Part shown: positions 9,697 through 19,273 of the stretch, one piece after another
Layout: each line of letters starts with the position of its first letter
Numbering within the stretch: the stretch's first letter is position 1
From: an uncultured Methanosarcinales archaeon
GTDB lineage: Archaea; Nanobdellota; Nanobdellia; Woesearchaeales; JACPBV01
DNA: 35,648 bases
Assembly (NCBI GenBank): GCA_964492935.1
Contig: CAZBLF010000009.1
Coordinates: 1-35,648 of the forward strand
Direction of reading: 5' to 3'
The notes under the pieces: model-generated
Told to the model about the DNA's origin: nothing
The model's database searches: none
The model's input: the letters and a program-made list of their open reading frames with translations, nothing else
Translations under genes and position numbers: made by a program

Positions 9697-10650
9697 ATGA
9701 ATAAGGCGTTGAGAACGATGTTGCAGCTGAGTGTTGGTATTCTACTGTTTGTATTTCTGTTTAGTCAGGTAGGTATTGGTGCGTTCTGGGAGGTGTTGAA
9801 GACTATCAATTTGTGGTGGTTGATTCCTTCTGTTTTGATGACGATTCCTACTCAGGTGTTGGCTGCTAGTAATTTTTCGGTGTTGTTTTCGGCATTGGGT
9901 AAGAACAGTTCGTTTTCGCACCTGTTTAGATCGGGAATGCTGAGTTTTTCCATTGGTATGGTTGCTCCCGGTAAGTTGGGAGATTTGTCATTGGTTTCTT
10001 TGTTGCGCGAAGGCGATATTGGGTATGGCGATACGTTGGCAGCTACGGTTGCTGATAAGATGATTAGTTTATTTGTGACTGGAGTGTTGGCATTGCTGGG
10101 AATTGCTTGGTTTTTGGACTTGCAGACGTTTTGGATCGTCTTCGGAGTGGGTGCTGGTGCATTCTTAGTTGGAATGTTGGGAATTAGTTCATCAAGGATT
10201 CGGGGTTTGGTGAAGAAATATATTTTACGAAGGCACGCAAAGCACTTTGATGGGTTTTATTCAAATCTGCGGTTGCTTGTACGTGAGAAGAAACTTTATT
10301 TGTTGGTGAATATTGTACTGACACTTATGAAGTTCTTTAGTGGCTTTATCGGGACGTGGTTCTTGTTTAGGGCGTTTGATGTGCAAGTCTCGTTGTTAGT
10401 TATCTTATTCGTTACGGCGATTACGAGCCTTCTCAGTTTAATCCCTATCAGTATTTCTGGATTAGGAGTGAGAGAGGGAGTGGGGACGTATTTGTATACT
10501 CTTGTTGGTGGCGTTTCGGTTGTGTTGAGTGCGAATGTTGTCATTATTGCAACGGTTCGGAAGTATGTGGTTGCGTTGATTTATTATTTTATGAATATTC
10601 ACTTGCTTGAGCGTTTACAGAAAACGATGCAGGATGTGAGACGAGGATGA
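9697..10650 (+). CDS. Lysylphosphatidylglycerol-synthase TM / UPF0104 (AglD2-like) flippase-like membrane protein
   Basis: PGKLGD motif, DK before a TM, the [13 protein letters not shown] signature and multiple TMs. Confidence 0.85.
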   Translation: MNKALRTMLQLSVGILLFVFLFSQVGIGAFWEVLKTINLWWLIPSVLMTIPTQVLAASNFSVLFSALGKNSSFSHLFRSGMLSFSIGMVAPGKLGDLSLVSLLREGDIGYGDTLAATVADKMISLFVTGVLALLGIAWFLDLQTFWIVFGVGAGAFLVGMLGISSSRIRGLVKKYILRRHAKHFDGFYSNLRLLVREKKLYLLVNIVLTLMKFFSGFIGTWFLFRAFDVQVSLLVILFVTAITSLLSLIPISISGLGVREGVGTYLYTLVGGVSVVLSANVVIIATVRKYVVALIYYFMNIHLLERLQKTMQDVRRG

Positions 10651-11642
10651 AGGAGACGTTAATCGTTGCTCCGGGAAAGGGATGGCCACGTAATGAGGCG
10701 TGGACTAAAGAGATTGCTTTGGTTTCTGAGAAACTGGGGATTGATGTGGTTGCTACTGGTAAGATTCGTTGGTTGTTTTCTCGAAAAGGTAGGTATTTGA
10801 TTATTCGTCATAGCTTTTTGTTGTATGGTGTGTTTGCTTTGATTGTGTTTTTTAGGTCGTTGCGTTATAAGCAAGTTATATTGGAATGTACACCAGGGAG
10901 TTTGTATTTTAGATTGCTTTCGGGTTTAATTGGTCGGAAGAAGATTGTGTATCATTTACGGGATCCTGAATGGAGGATTTCTTCTGACGAGTTATCTGGT
11001 TTTAAGTCGGTGGTGGTTCCTTTTGCTATCAAGAAGGCTCCCGGTGCAACTGTATTTCCGTTTGGGATTGATCTTGCGAAATATAGCGTGGCTCGGAAGA
11101 AGCACAACGGTTTTACGGTGCTCTTTGCTAGCGCTCCGTTGCAGCATCATGACTTTGAACAGATTTTTGATGAGAAAGGGGTGTTGTTATTGCTTGAATC
11201 CTTTGCGCAGCTTGATGTTAAGGGTAAAAAATTAGTTTTGATCTGGAGAGGGGCGTATCACTCTGAGTTGAAAGGCATTATACGAAAACTGTATAGTGAT
11301 TTAGACATTGAGGTGGTAAATGAGGTTGTTGATTTGGCTTCTTATTATGCTCGGGCCGATGTAACAGTGTTATGCGCACAGTCGCGCGAACATACTCCGG
11401 CATATCCCTCTTCGGCGATGGAATCTGTTGCGTGTGGGACGCCAGTGATTGTTTCTAGGGTGTTGCCGATTAGTTCTGTTGTTTCCAAGGAGCGGTTTGG
11501 TGTTGTTTGTGATGCTGATTCTCTCACTGATGCTTTGGAGACGGTTCAGAAAAAGAATGCTTCGTTTGTTGCTGCATGTAAGAGTCGTCGATCGGTGTTT
11601 GATGTTAGTAAGAGTTTAGATCATTTGAAGAAGGGTCTTTAG
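10647..11642 (+). CDS. Divergent GT4-like glycosyltransferase
   Basis: PFGIDL, KGVLLLLESF and YYARADV..PAYPSSAMESVACGTPVIVS. Confidence 0.75.
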   Translation: MKETLIVAPGKGWPRNEAWTKEIALVSEKLGIDVVATGKIRWLFSRKGRYLIIRHSFLLYGVFALIVFFRSLRYKQVILECTPGSLYFRLLSGLIGRKKIVYHLRDPEWRISSDELSGFKSVVVPFAIKKAPGATVFPFGIDLAKYSVARKKHNGFTVLFASAPLQHHDFEQIFDEKGVLLLLESFAQLDVKGKKLVLIWRGAYHSELKGIIRKLYSDLDIEVVNEVVDLASYYARADVTVLCAQSREHTPAYPSSAMESVACGTPVIVSRVLPISSVVSKERFGVVCDADSLTDALETVQKKNASFVAACKSRRSVFDVSKSLDHLKKGL

Positions 11643-11656
11643 AGTTCTTTTGTTGG

Positions 11657-13141
11657 CTAGATTTCTTTCCAGAGGGTATTTTTTGCTTTGTTGATGACTT
11701 CTTGTAGTGGCATATTGGCATCGATGTCTACGATCTTGGTTGATTTTCCGTATTGGAGTGTTTTGAGGGTGTTGCTCTTGGTTTGGAGTTCGTTAAGGGT
11801 GATGTCGGACTTTCTCTTTACGGCGATGTTGGGTGAAACGTTTAGTCTGAGTACAAGATCGGGGGCGTTGTTGAATGCTAGCTCGTAGGTTTTGAATTCC
11901 CAGCGTGCTAGTTTTTTCATTATTGATGATTTGCTCTGGAGGTGGTCCATCAGAAGAGGGCCGTCGCTCAGATATTGGATATTCTTTTGTGGGAAGCGGT
12001 CGCAGATGATGATCATGCCGCGATTTCGTGCTTTGATCATCTTTTTTAGTTTAATTCTTTTTTCTCTGGCTAGAAGAAGTGCCCAGGTAATGAGGCCTAC
12101 CTTTTTTATTGCGTGTAGAGGAGAGGTGCTGTTTGCTTTTTCTTGTTTATAGACTTTTTCGATGTTGCCTGAGGAGTTTGAGGTGAAGATACTTGCCAGG
12201 AGCTTGAGGGGTAGGCGTAATAGGGATATGGTGCCTTGGCCGCTGCCGAAATAGATGGGGATTGGATTGAACTTCCAGGAAAGCCATTTTGTTAATTCAT
12301 TTGTTATGGTGGACTTTCCTGATCCGTCGGTGCCGATGCAGGCGATTACCTTTCCTTTTTTTCCAACACGGAGTCCAGCGGTTGTAGGTTGATGGAAATA
12401 GCGCTGGTTTATTTTGTGAGTTATCCAGATAAGCTCTCGTTTCCAGGATTGGAGGGTTGCATCGATTAGATTGTGTTGCTTATGTGAGTGTAGTCTTGGT
12501 TTTATGATGCGTCTTAGTTTTGTTAGTGAGAATAATGAGGGTTTAAGACTGACGATATGTTGTGCTGCTTTTTTTCCTAATACTTTTTGTGCGTACTTTC
12601 TCAGTTTCTCTTTATTTGATCGTTGCTGTAGCCAATTGAACTCCCGCTTGTCGTCTTTTGAAAAGTAGATTTGTCCTAGGAAGAAGAGGGGATAATCTCT
12701 GCACCGAATTTTGAGTGCGGAACGTGTTAGTAGTAAGATGAGCTCTAGATTGGGGTCTGCTATCGTGATATTTGTTGCGGGATCGTTGGTTGCGGTGTTT
12801 AATAGTAGGGACTCCCACGGTAGGATGTAGCCTTTCAGATGTTTTTGTCCTAGACGCAAATAATCGTGGAGGTGGATGTGAGAGAGTTGCTTTGTTTCGG
12901 CATCCATTCCGATCCAATGCTCCAATCCCTTGTATTCCATAGTGTCGGGTCCGGAAAAGAGTTGAAATCCTGACTTTTGAAGAATGGTTTTTGCTGAAGT
13001 TGAGGTGTTTTTAGCTATCAGAATATCTAGATCGGTCTTTCCTTGTAATCCTGCTTTGAGATGCTCATTGCTCTTCCAATGGCAGTACTGGATATTGGCT
13101 TTTTGGAGGGCTTTGAACAGCTTTTTGTTGATGGTTAACAT
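11657..13141 (-). CDS. Nucleotidyltransferase-fold domain fused to a thymidylate-kinase-like P-loop domain
   Basis: N-terminal YCHWKSNEHL..GKTDLDIL..HIHLH (Pol-beta-like DxD). C-terminal IGTDGSGKST, IICDRF and PDLVLRLNVSP. ATG 13141 preferred over the GTG at 13183. Confidence 0.75.
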   Translation of the reverse strand: MLTINKKLFKALQKANIQYCHWKSNEHLKAGLQGKTDLDILIAKNTSTSAKTILQKSGFQLFSGPDTMEYKGLEHWIGMDAETKQLSHIHLHDYLRLGQKHLKGYILPWESLLLNTATNDPATNITIADPNLELILLLTRSALKIRCRDYPLFFLGQIYFSKDDKREFNWLQQRSNKEKLRKYAQKVLGKKAAQHIVSLKPSLFSLTKLRRIIKPRLHSHKQHNLIDATLQSWKRELIWITHKINQRYFHQPTTAGLRVGKKGKVIACIGTDGSGKSTITNELTKWLSWKFNPIPIYFGSGQGTISLLRLPLKLLASIFTSNSSGNIEKVYKQEKANSTSPLHAIKKVGLITWALLLAREKRIKLKKMIKARNRGMIIICDRFPQKNIQYLSDGPLLMDHLQSKSSIMKKLARWEFKTYELAFNNAPDLVLRLNVSPNIAVKRKSDITLNELQTKSNTLKTLQYGKSTKIVDIDANMPLQEVINKAKNTLWKEI

Positions 13142-13186
13142 TGTTTTTGCATTCGATAAGCGGTGTTTTTTACAAGTCTCCACTCA

Positions 13187-13270
13187 GTAAAAGACAAATA
13201 TCTTTATAATTTGTTTGTCTTTTACAACATAGACGACGATAATAATCAAACTTATGTCGTCCTCTATGTT
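13187..13270. repeat. Two abutting inverted repeats in a divergent intergenic region
   Basis: Perfect 12-bp IR GTAAAAGACAAA (13187-13198) / TTTGTCTTTTAC (13214-13225). Imperfect IR AACATAGA..GAC..ATAA / TTAT..GTC..TCTATGTT at 13226-13270. Confidence 0.75.
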
Positions 13271-13330
13271 ATAATAAACTTTATATAACTTGTGGGCATT
13301 TTCCCCTATAAGTAAGGGTGGTATGAAACT

Positions 13331-14545
13331 ATGAATCCTGATATGATGAGGGCTATAGACAAATACGTAGGTGTTCCTCTTTGCTTTTTGTTGTCGCTTG
13401 CAGTGAGTTTTCAGCGGTTGTTAGGGTTTAGAAAGCCTAAACAGGGCTATAAGCCGAAAAAGATCTTATTCTTGGAGCTTTCGGAGATGGGGAGTACGAT
13501 TTTGGCGTATAGTGCCATGAAAAAGGCTAAGGAATTGTTTAATGCTGAATTGTATTTCATGATTTTCAAGGAAAATAGAGCAAGTATTGATTTGCTTGAT
13601 ATTATTCCTGAGAAGAATGTGATTACTATCCGTTCAGGTAACTTTTTTGTTTTGACTTTTGATACGTTACGGGCGATCATAAAGACTCGTTCGTTACGTA
13701 TCGATACGGTTGTTGATTTAGAGTTGTTTTCTCGCTTTACGAGCATCTTGTCTTTCTTTACGGGTGCTAAAGCGGTTTCTGGCTTTTACAAATACCATAT
13801 GGAGGGCTTGTACCGGGGCAATATCCAGACGCATCGCGTTATGTATAATCCTCACTACCATATTAGCCAGAGTTTTATGGCGTTGGTGTATGCTTTGTTG
13901 GAGGATCCTCAATCTTCAGAACCGATGGTGAAGCGTGTTATTAGTATGGGTGAAATTGTAGCTTGTTCGGTTACTTCTGATGGTAAGGCTAAAGGTGCGA
14001 TTTATGCGAAATTAAAAGCATTGAATGCTGATATTGATGAGAAAAGTAGGATTGTGTTGTTAAATCCGAATGCCTCTGATTTGTTGCCTATTCGTAAATG
14101 GCCGTTGGGGAATTTTCAAAAGTTGGCTGCGGAATTGTTGAAGGATAAGCAGACGTTTATTGTGGTTACTGGTGTGGAAAAGGAAAAGCCGGATGCGGAT
14201 GCTATTGTGAACCATGTGAAGAATGATCGGTGTCTTGATTTTACAGGAAAAACTTCGATGCCGGAACTTATTGATTTGTATAACGTTTCTGATTATTTGA
14301 TTACGAACGATTCGGGACCTGCGCATTTTTCTTCGTTGACTCCGATCAAGACGATTGTGTTCTTTGGGCCGGAGACGCCTGCATTGTATAAGCCTCTTAG
14401 TAAGAACTGTACTGCATTGTATTCGAGCATGGCATGTAGTCCGTGTGTTTCTGCTTTTAATCATAGAAAGACTTCGTGTAATGATAATAAGTGCTTGCAG
14501 GCGATTTCCCTTAATCAGGTTTTGAAGCTGGTTCGGGGTGCGTGA
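13331..14545 (+). CDS. Glycosyltransferase family 9 (heptosyltransferase-like)
   Basis: LSEMGS, LLNPNAS..RKWP, DFTGKTS..EL, ITNDSGPAH, FFGPET and C-terminal CSPC..C..C. Confidence 0.88.
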   Translation: MNPDMMRAIDKYVGVPLCFLLSLAVSFQRLLGFRKPKQGYKPKKILFLELSEMGSTILAYSAMKKAKELFNAELYFMIFKENRASIDLLDIIPEKNVITIRSGNFFVLTFDTLRAIIKTRSLRIDTVVDLELFSRFTSILSFFTGAKAVSGFYKYHMEGLYRGNIQTHRVMYNPHYHISQSFMALVYALLEDPQSSEPMVKRVISMGEIVACSVTSDGKAKGAIYAKLKALNADIDEKSRIVLLNPNASDLLPIRKWPLGNFQKLAAELLKDKQTFIVVTGVEKEKPDADAIVNHVKNDRCLDFTGKTSMPELIDLYNVSDYLITNDSGPAHFSSLTPIKTIVFFGPETPALYKPLSKNCTALYSSMACSPCVSAFNHRKTSCNDNKCLQAISLNQVLKLVRGA

Positions 14546-16095
14546 TGAAATTTACTAAACAGCACGATCTTATTGCTTTGACGTTGTTATTCTTAGGGAT
14601 GCTTGTGTTGTGGACACTTCCATTGCAGTCTTCTGTTGCTCCGTATGGTGAGGTTGATGCAGCATCTCATTATGCGATTGCTGAATTTTCGTATGCTCAG
14701 GATAGAGCGATGAGTAGCTTGCCAACGTTTATCGATAAACGGTATGGTGGCGATAATAAGTATAAGCCGCACACGCTGTGGTATCCTCCGCCGTTTCATA
14801 TGGGTTTGGCGGTTGGTTCGGTTGTGGGTGGTAGTGCTGATGTTCCGATTTATATCATGAACTCGCTGTTTGGATCGCTAATTGTGCTGAGTGTGTTCTT
14901 CTTATTGCGTAGACTGTATGGATTGCCGATTGCATTTGCTTCTGCTTTGTTGTTGCTGTTTTCGATGCGTGATATCTTGATTACGATCTGGGGTCAGTGG
15001 CCTGAACGGATGGGTTTTGCTTATCTGCCATTGGTGTTGTATTGTGCCTACCTGTATATTGAGAGCTTTCTTGCTAAACAGGAGAAGCCTCGGTATTTGG
15101 TGTTGATGTCTTTGTTATTGGCGGTCAATCTCTTTATTCATCCGATGGATTTTTTTCATACGATAGCTGCGTTGGGATTGTTTACGATTTTTGTTGTGGT
15201 TAAGGAACGGAAATGGTGCTTTAACACAAAGCATCTGTCTTTGGTTATTCTGTTGTTTGTTTTGGTTGTTTCTGTCTTTCCGACCCAGACGCTGAACGTG
15301 TTTGCTCGATTAGGTTCGGATAGCTCATTAGATCAGCCGGGTAAAGGTGAGGTTGGTCGGTTATTCCATTGGTTCTCTCCCCAGGGAGATAATAATGGAG
15401 TTCCAGCTTCGTATTACTCATATAGTGAGATGATTGCTCCTTCTTGGACGATGGCGTTTGTGTGGTTAGGTGTGTTGGCGTTGGGTCTGCGTCGTAATCG
15501 TAAGGACTTGTTGTTGTTGGCATGGCTGGTTAGTTTGTATGTGATGATTCATCTTGACTTTTTGGGGATGGGGCGTGTGCATCGGTCATTAAGTGGGACT
15601 GCGCATATCTTTTATCCGTTGATGGTGATCGGTGTGTGGCAGTTGATTTCGTTTATTCCTTTGAAGCGTGATGTTAAGCCGTTGGCGAAGTTGGGCGGTG
15701 TTGTGTTATTTACTGTCGTGATGTTATTTTCGATTGTGCCGGGTGCAGTAGGTACGTTAAAGGATGCTTATCCTGGTATTTCAAGAGTGAATGAGGATCA
15801 GATTACATTAACTCGTTACTTGAAGGCAAGTAGTTCTGTACCGGAAGATGCTACTCTTTTGCATTTGGGTTCTATAAGTCTTGCAAAGACACGCTGGATT
15901 CGCACGATGGGGCATCGTTATGTGAAGGATAAGGGGGAGTTATCTGATTATTCGTATGTGATTTTTGATTACTCGGATTTTGCCCGGATTGGTCGGCAGG
16001 ATTTGGTTGATGGGATGTTGCAATTAGAGCAATCGCTTGCGAATTCTAGTTCGGTATTGTATAGTAGTTCGAATATTAGGGTGCATAAGACATGA
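14542..16095 (+). CDS. Polytopic membrane protein, GT-C-like (lipid-phosphate-sugar-dependent transferase candidate)
   Basis: GEVDAASH after TM1, WYPPPFH, IHP motif, ~11 TMs and a C-terminal soluble domain. Confidence 0.6.
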   Translation: MMKFTKQHDLIALTLLFLGMLVLWTLPLQSSVAPYGEVDAASHYAIAEFSYAQDRAMSSLPTFIDKRYGGDNKYKPHTLWYPPPFHMGLAVGSVVGGSADVPIYIMNSLFGSLIVLSVFFLLRRLYGLPIAFASALLLLFSMRDILITIWGQWPERMGFAYLPLVLYCAYLYIESFLAKQEKPRYLVLMSLLLAVNLFIHPMDFFHTIAALGLFTIFVVVKERKWCFNTKHLSLVILLFVLVVSVFPTQTLNVFARLGSDSSLDQPGKGEVGRLFHWFSPQGDNNGVPASYYSYSEMIAPSWTMAFVWLGVLALGLRRNRKDLLLLAWLVSLYVMIHLDFLGMGRVHRSLSGTAHIFYPLMVIGVWQLISFIPLKRDVKPLAKLGGVVLFTVVMLFSIVPGAVGTLKDAYPGISRVNEDQITLTRYLKASSSVPEDATLLHLGSISLAKTRWIRTMGHRYVKDKGELSDYSYVIFDYSDFARIGRQDLVDGMLQLEQSLANSSSVLYSSSNIRVHKT

Positions 16096-16409
16096 AGTAT
16101 CGCGATATGATGTTAGGTTGTGTGTTTATGGTAGCTTTGGTATCGTTACTTACACTCGGTGTTGTTGGATTACGTACTGTTGTAGGCATGCTTCTGGTTA
16201 TGGTGGTTCCTGTTTACTTTATTTTGAGTTCTTTTGTTTCGGATGATTTGGAGCGGATTGTGTTTTCTCTGTTCTTGGGTGTTGGATTAGTTCCGGCTTT
16301 GATTTATTGGCCTGCTACTGTTGTTTCTTTAAAGCTGACGGTTGTTGTGGTTGCTCTAGTTCTTGTAGCGATTGGGTTTTGGTTGAAGAGAAGACGTTCT
16401 AAATCTTAA
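16092..16409 (+). CDS. Small 4-TM membrane protein
   Basis: Hydrophobic helices, DDLERIVFSLFLG motif and a basic C-terminal tail. ATGA overlap with the upstream gene. Confidence 0.7.
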   Translation: MKYRDMMLGCVFMVALVSLLTLGVVGLRTVVGMLLVMVVPVYFILSSFVSDDLERIVFSLFLGVGLVPALIYWPATVVSLKLTVVVVALVLVAIGFWLKRRRSKS

Positions 16410-18249
16410 AAATGATAATGCCTGGGTTTTGATAGGCTACCGATGTTTGGGGCAATGCTGAAAATTCTTGGATGTGTTGGTTGAGGAGTTGATCTGTTCT
16501 ATTTCCGTAGTACTTCTTGTGGTCTCTGAATGCTTTGCCATCGAATAGGATATATTCGTAGTTGTTTTGCTTGGTCCACTGGTATACTTCATCGGTTGTG
16601 CGATTGAGTAATCCTTTTCGGAATGCTATGACGTCTTCACACCAGAGACAGCTGAACATATTTACACCGAGTGTTTGTTCGTCGTTGCTGTATGCAAAGA
16701 CTTTGGTGTTTACCGGGAGATCCTTCATCCAGACGTAGCCAGTAATCTCTTCATTCGAGGTCCACATCTGGCCAGGCGGCCAGTTTGCGGTATTGACGTC
16801 TATCTTTTGTTTGCCGGCGGTGAAGAAGATTAGGGTGAGCAGCAATAAGATGGTTGCTACTTTGGGGATGTTTACTTGTTTAGCTAGCTGTGCTAGTGAG
16901 ACGATGCCCTCTGCGGTAAGTATTGACACGGGAATTGCTAGAATCATCCAGAATCTGAAGGCGAATAATCCAAGAGGAAGGTTGAAGGTTAATGAGTTTA
17001 CTCCAAAAAAGGCGAAGATGAGCCATCCTAGGGTAGTTAGTGTCCAGATCTTCTTTTGTTTCTTCATGCCTTTGAGGGCTAGGCAAATTAGGGCTATTGA
17101 GATGAGGGTGATGATGGAAATTGCTATTCCTAATCCTACTGGGTTGTTGATGAGATTTTGAGATTTTACGACAAAGAAATCGTTAAAGGTGTAGGCGCGT
17201 GTTGCGGTGCCGCCGTAGGGGGGAAAGAAGTCTTGGATGGTTGCCCAGACTTTTGCTAATCCCGTGGGTGAGTTAATGTATAGATCGGGTTGGTCTTTGT
17301 AGACACGCGATCCGAAACTTAATCCGTTCTTTATCCACCAGATTAATGATAAGAGGTAGCCGGCTGCTATGGTGAGGCCTTGTCGTACGGGAATTTTCTT
17401 TTGTACGAGTGCTTTTACTAGTAGGAAGATTCCAAACAGGACTGCATACTTGATGGGTTGGGAGGGTTGTGTTAGTACCATGCCGGTGATTGCTAAAACG
17501 GCTGGCAAAATCCACATTTTGTTCTCATCTGCTTTTATTACCGGGTAGAGTGAGATGATGAAGAGCGTGATGACGAGGGAATGCGCCCAGATGAAGTGGC
17601 TCAGGTATGAGGGGAGCATGGCTAATGTTGCGGTTGCTAGCAGCGCTTTTTGGCTGCTCTGCATGAAGGTTTTGGCGAAGAAAAAGAAACAGGCTATTCC
17701 TATTGCGATAATTAAAGAGTTGAAGAATTTCATGGTCCACATGATCTCAGGCGAGGTTTGATGGAGTACCCCCATGACGGCATCGTAGCCGGGTGGATAG
17801 GGGTCAATATACTTTAACTTGCTATTCGGATCGTCTAATTTCTTTTCGATGCTGACATATTTTATGCCCACGGCGTGTACCCATGGATCGTCGTCTTCGA
17901 AATAGGGATAGTTGAAAGCTCCGTTGAGGAAAATGACGAGTACTACAAGGGAGATGATTATTGCAGATGTTGCATAGAGGTCTGATTTGGTGATTTTAGG
18001 TTTTGATGGTAGTTTGCGGTGTTTAATGAGGTCGTAGAGTGGTTTAATCAAACAGATTGCTAGTAGGATTTTCCAATCTACAGGTAGGTGGAGGGTGTAG
18101 AGGAGGACGAGAAGTAATGGTAGGACTGCTAGGCCGATTCCTACTCGCATAACGTGTTTTTCAACGGTTGGTGCGTTGCTGTGTTTGGTTACTGAATAGC
18201 CTAGGGCGTAGGTGTAGATAAAGAACAATACTATGGTAATTATGCTCAT
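16399..18249 (-). CDS. Polytopic membrane protein, GT-C-like (ArnT/PMT-like)
   Basis: FEDDDPWVH, DPYPPGYD, LPSYL..WAHS, AFRFW, many TMs and a C-terminal soluble domain. Confidence 0.65.
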   Translation of the reverse strand: MSIITIVLFFIYTYALGYSVTKHSNAPTVEKHVMRVGIGLAVLPLLLVLLYTLHLPVDWKILLAICLIKPLYDLIKHRKLPSKPKITKSDLYATSAIIISLVVLVIFLNGAFNYPYFEDDDPWVHAVGIKYVSIEKKLDDPNSKLKYIDPYPPGYDAVMGVLHQTSPEIMWTMKFFNSLIIAIGIACFFFFAKTFMQSSQKALLATATLAMLPSYLSHFIWAHSLVITLFIISLYPVIKADENKMWILPAVLAITGMVLTQPSQPIKYAVLFGIFLLVKALVQKKIPVRQGLTIAAGYLLSLIWWIKNGLSFGSRVYKDQPDLYINSPTGLAKVWATIQDFFPPYGGTATRAYTFNDFFVVKSQNLINNPVGLGIAISIITLISIALICLALKGMKKQKKIWTLTTLGWLIFAFFGVNSLTFNLPLGLFAFRFWMILAIPVSILTAEGIVSLAQLAKQVNIPKVATILLLLTLIFFTAGKQKIDVNTANWPPGQMWTSNEEITGYVWMKDLPVNTKVFAYSNDEQTLGVNMFSCLWCEDVIAFRKGLLNRTTDEVYQWTKQNNYEYILFDGKAFRDHKKYYGNRTDQLLNQHIQEFSALPQTSVAYQNPGIIIFKI

Positions 18250-18272
18250 TTCACTCTCGGAAAGTCCGAAAT

Positions 18273-18284
18273 CTATTTAAATAG
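18273..18284. promoter_or_regulatory. Palindromic bidirectional TATA box
   Basis: CTATTTAAATAG is a perfect 12-bp palindrome between the divergent ATGs at 18249 (-) and 18304 (+). Confidence 0.55.
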
Positions 18285-18303
18285 TTTGCCGTTTTAGAGG
18301 GTT

Positions 18304-19185
18304 ATGAAAATAGTCGTTTGTATTCCCGCTTACAATGAGGAGAAGACTTTACCTGAAGTCCTTAGCTCTATTAAGAAAATGGTAGATGCGAGCTCGGATT
18401 CTTACTCATTTCTTGTTGTTGATGATGGGAGTTCTGATAAAACTGCCTCGGTTGCTCGTGATTTAGGGGCTACGGTTGTTTCTCATCCTAGTAATTACGG
18501 GTTGGCTGAGACCTTTAGAACGGAGATGAAGGAAGTTTTGAAGTTGAATCCTGATATTATCCTTCATATTGATGCGGATGGTCAATACCTGGCTAAAGAT
18601 ATCGCTGCGGTCGTTGCTCCGGTTAAAGCTGGGAAGGCGGACTTAGTATTAGGCAGTCGCTTTGCAGGCCATATCGAATCGATGCCATGGTTGAAGCGTT
18701 TTGGAAATAAAGCATTTTCTCGTGTAATTTCATCTATTGTTCGACAGAAGATTAGTGATGGACAGACGGGTTTTAGGGCGTTTATTCCTGCCGTTGCCAA
18801 GATTTCAATTTTATCTGATTTTACGTATACTCAGGAGCAGATTATTAGGTCTGCTCGGGAACATTTTAGAATTAGCGAAGTTCCTGTTCATTTTGCTAGA
18901 AGAGATGGACAGAGTAGATTGATGAAGAATGCGTTTCACTATGCAGTTCATGCTTGGGTTGGAATCTTGCGAATTCAAAGAGATTACCTGCCGTTGAAGT
19001 TTTTTGGAGCTGTCGGTGGTTTTTTTGTTGCTTTAGGTTTGGCGTTAGGTGCATTGATTTTGTATTCTTGGATTACTGTTGATGCTGTGGGTGGAATTCC
19101 TAGAGTTATTTTATCGGCATTGTTTATTATGACAGGAATTCAGATCGTGTTGTTTGGTTTCTTGGCTGATATGCGGAAGAAGTGA
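18304..19185 (+). CDS. GT2 glycosyltransferase, DPM1/polyprenol-phosphate glycosyltransferase-like, with two C-terminal TMs
   Basis: IPAYNEE, VVDDGSSDKT, IDADGQY, VLGSRF and DGQTGFRA. Confidence 0.92.
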   Translation: MKIVVCIPAYNEEKTLPEVLSSIKKMVDASSDSYSFLVVDDGSSDKTASVARDLGATVVSHPSNYGLAETFRTEMKEVLKLNPDIILHIDADGQYLAKDIAAVVAPVKAGKADLVLGSRFAGHIESMPWLKRFGNKAFSRVISSIVRQKISDGQTGFRAFIPAVAKISILSDFTYTQEQIIRSAREHFRISEVPVHFARRDGQSRLMKNAFHYAVHAWVGILRIQRDYLPLKFFGAVGGFFVALGLALGALILYSWITVDAVGGIPRVILSALFIMTGIQIVLFGFLADMRKK

Positions 19186-19273
19186 ATTGTTGTCTGATTG
19201 TTTACTTTGAAAGTGGTGCCATTAGAACAATCACTTCAATAATATTTATAAGCATGAACCTCCAAACAATTGT

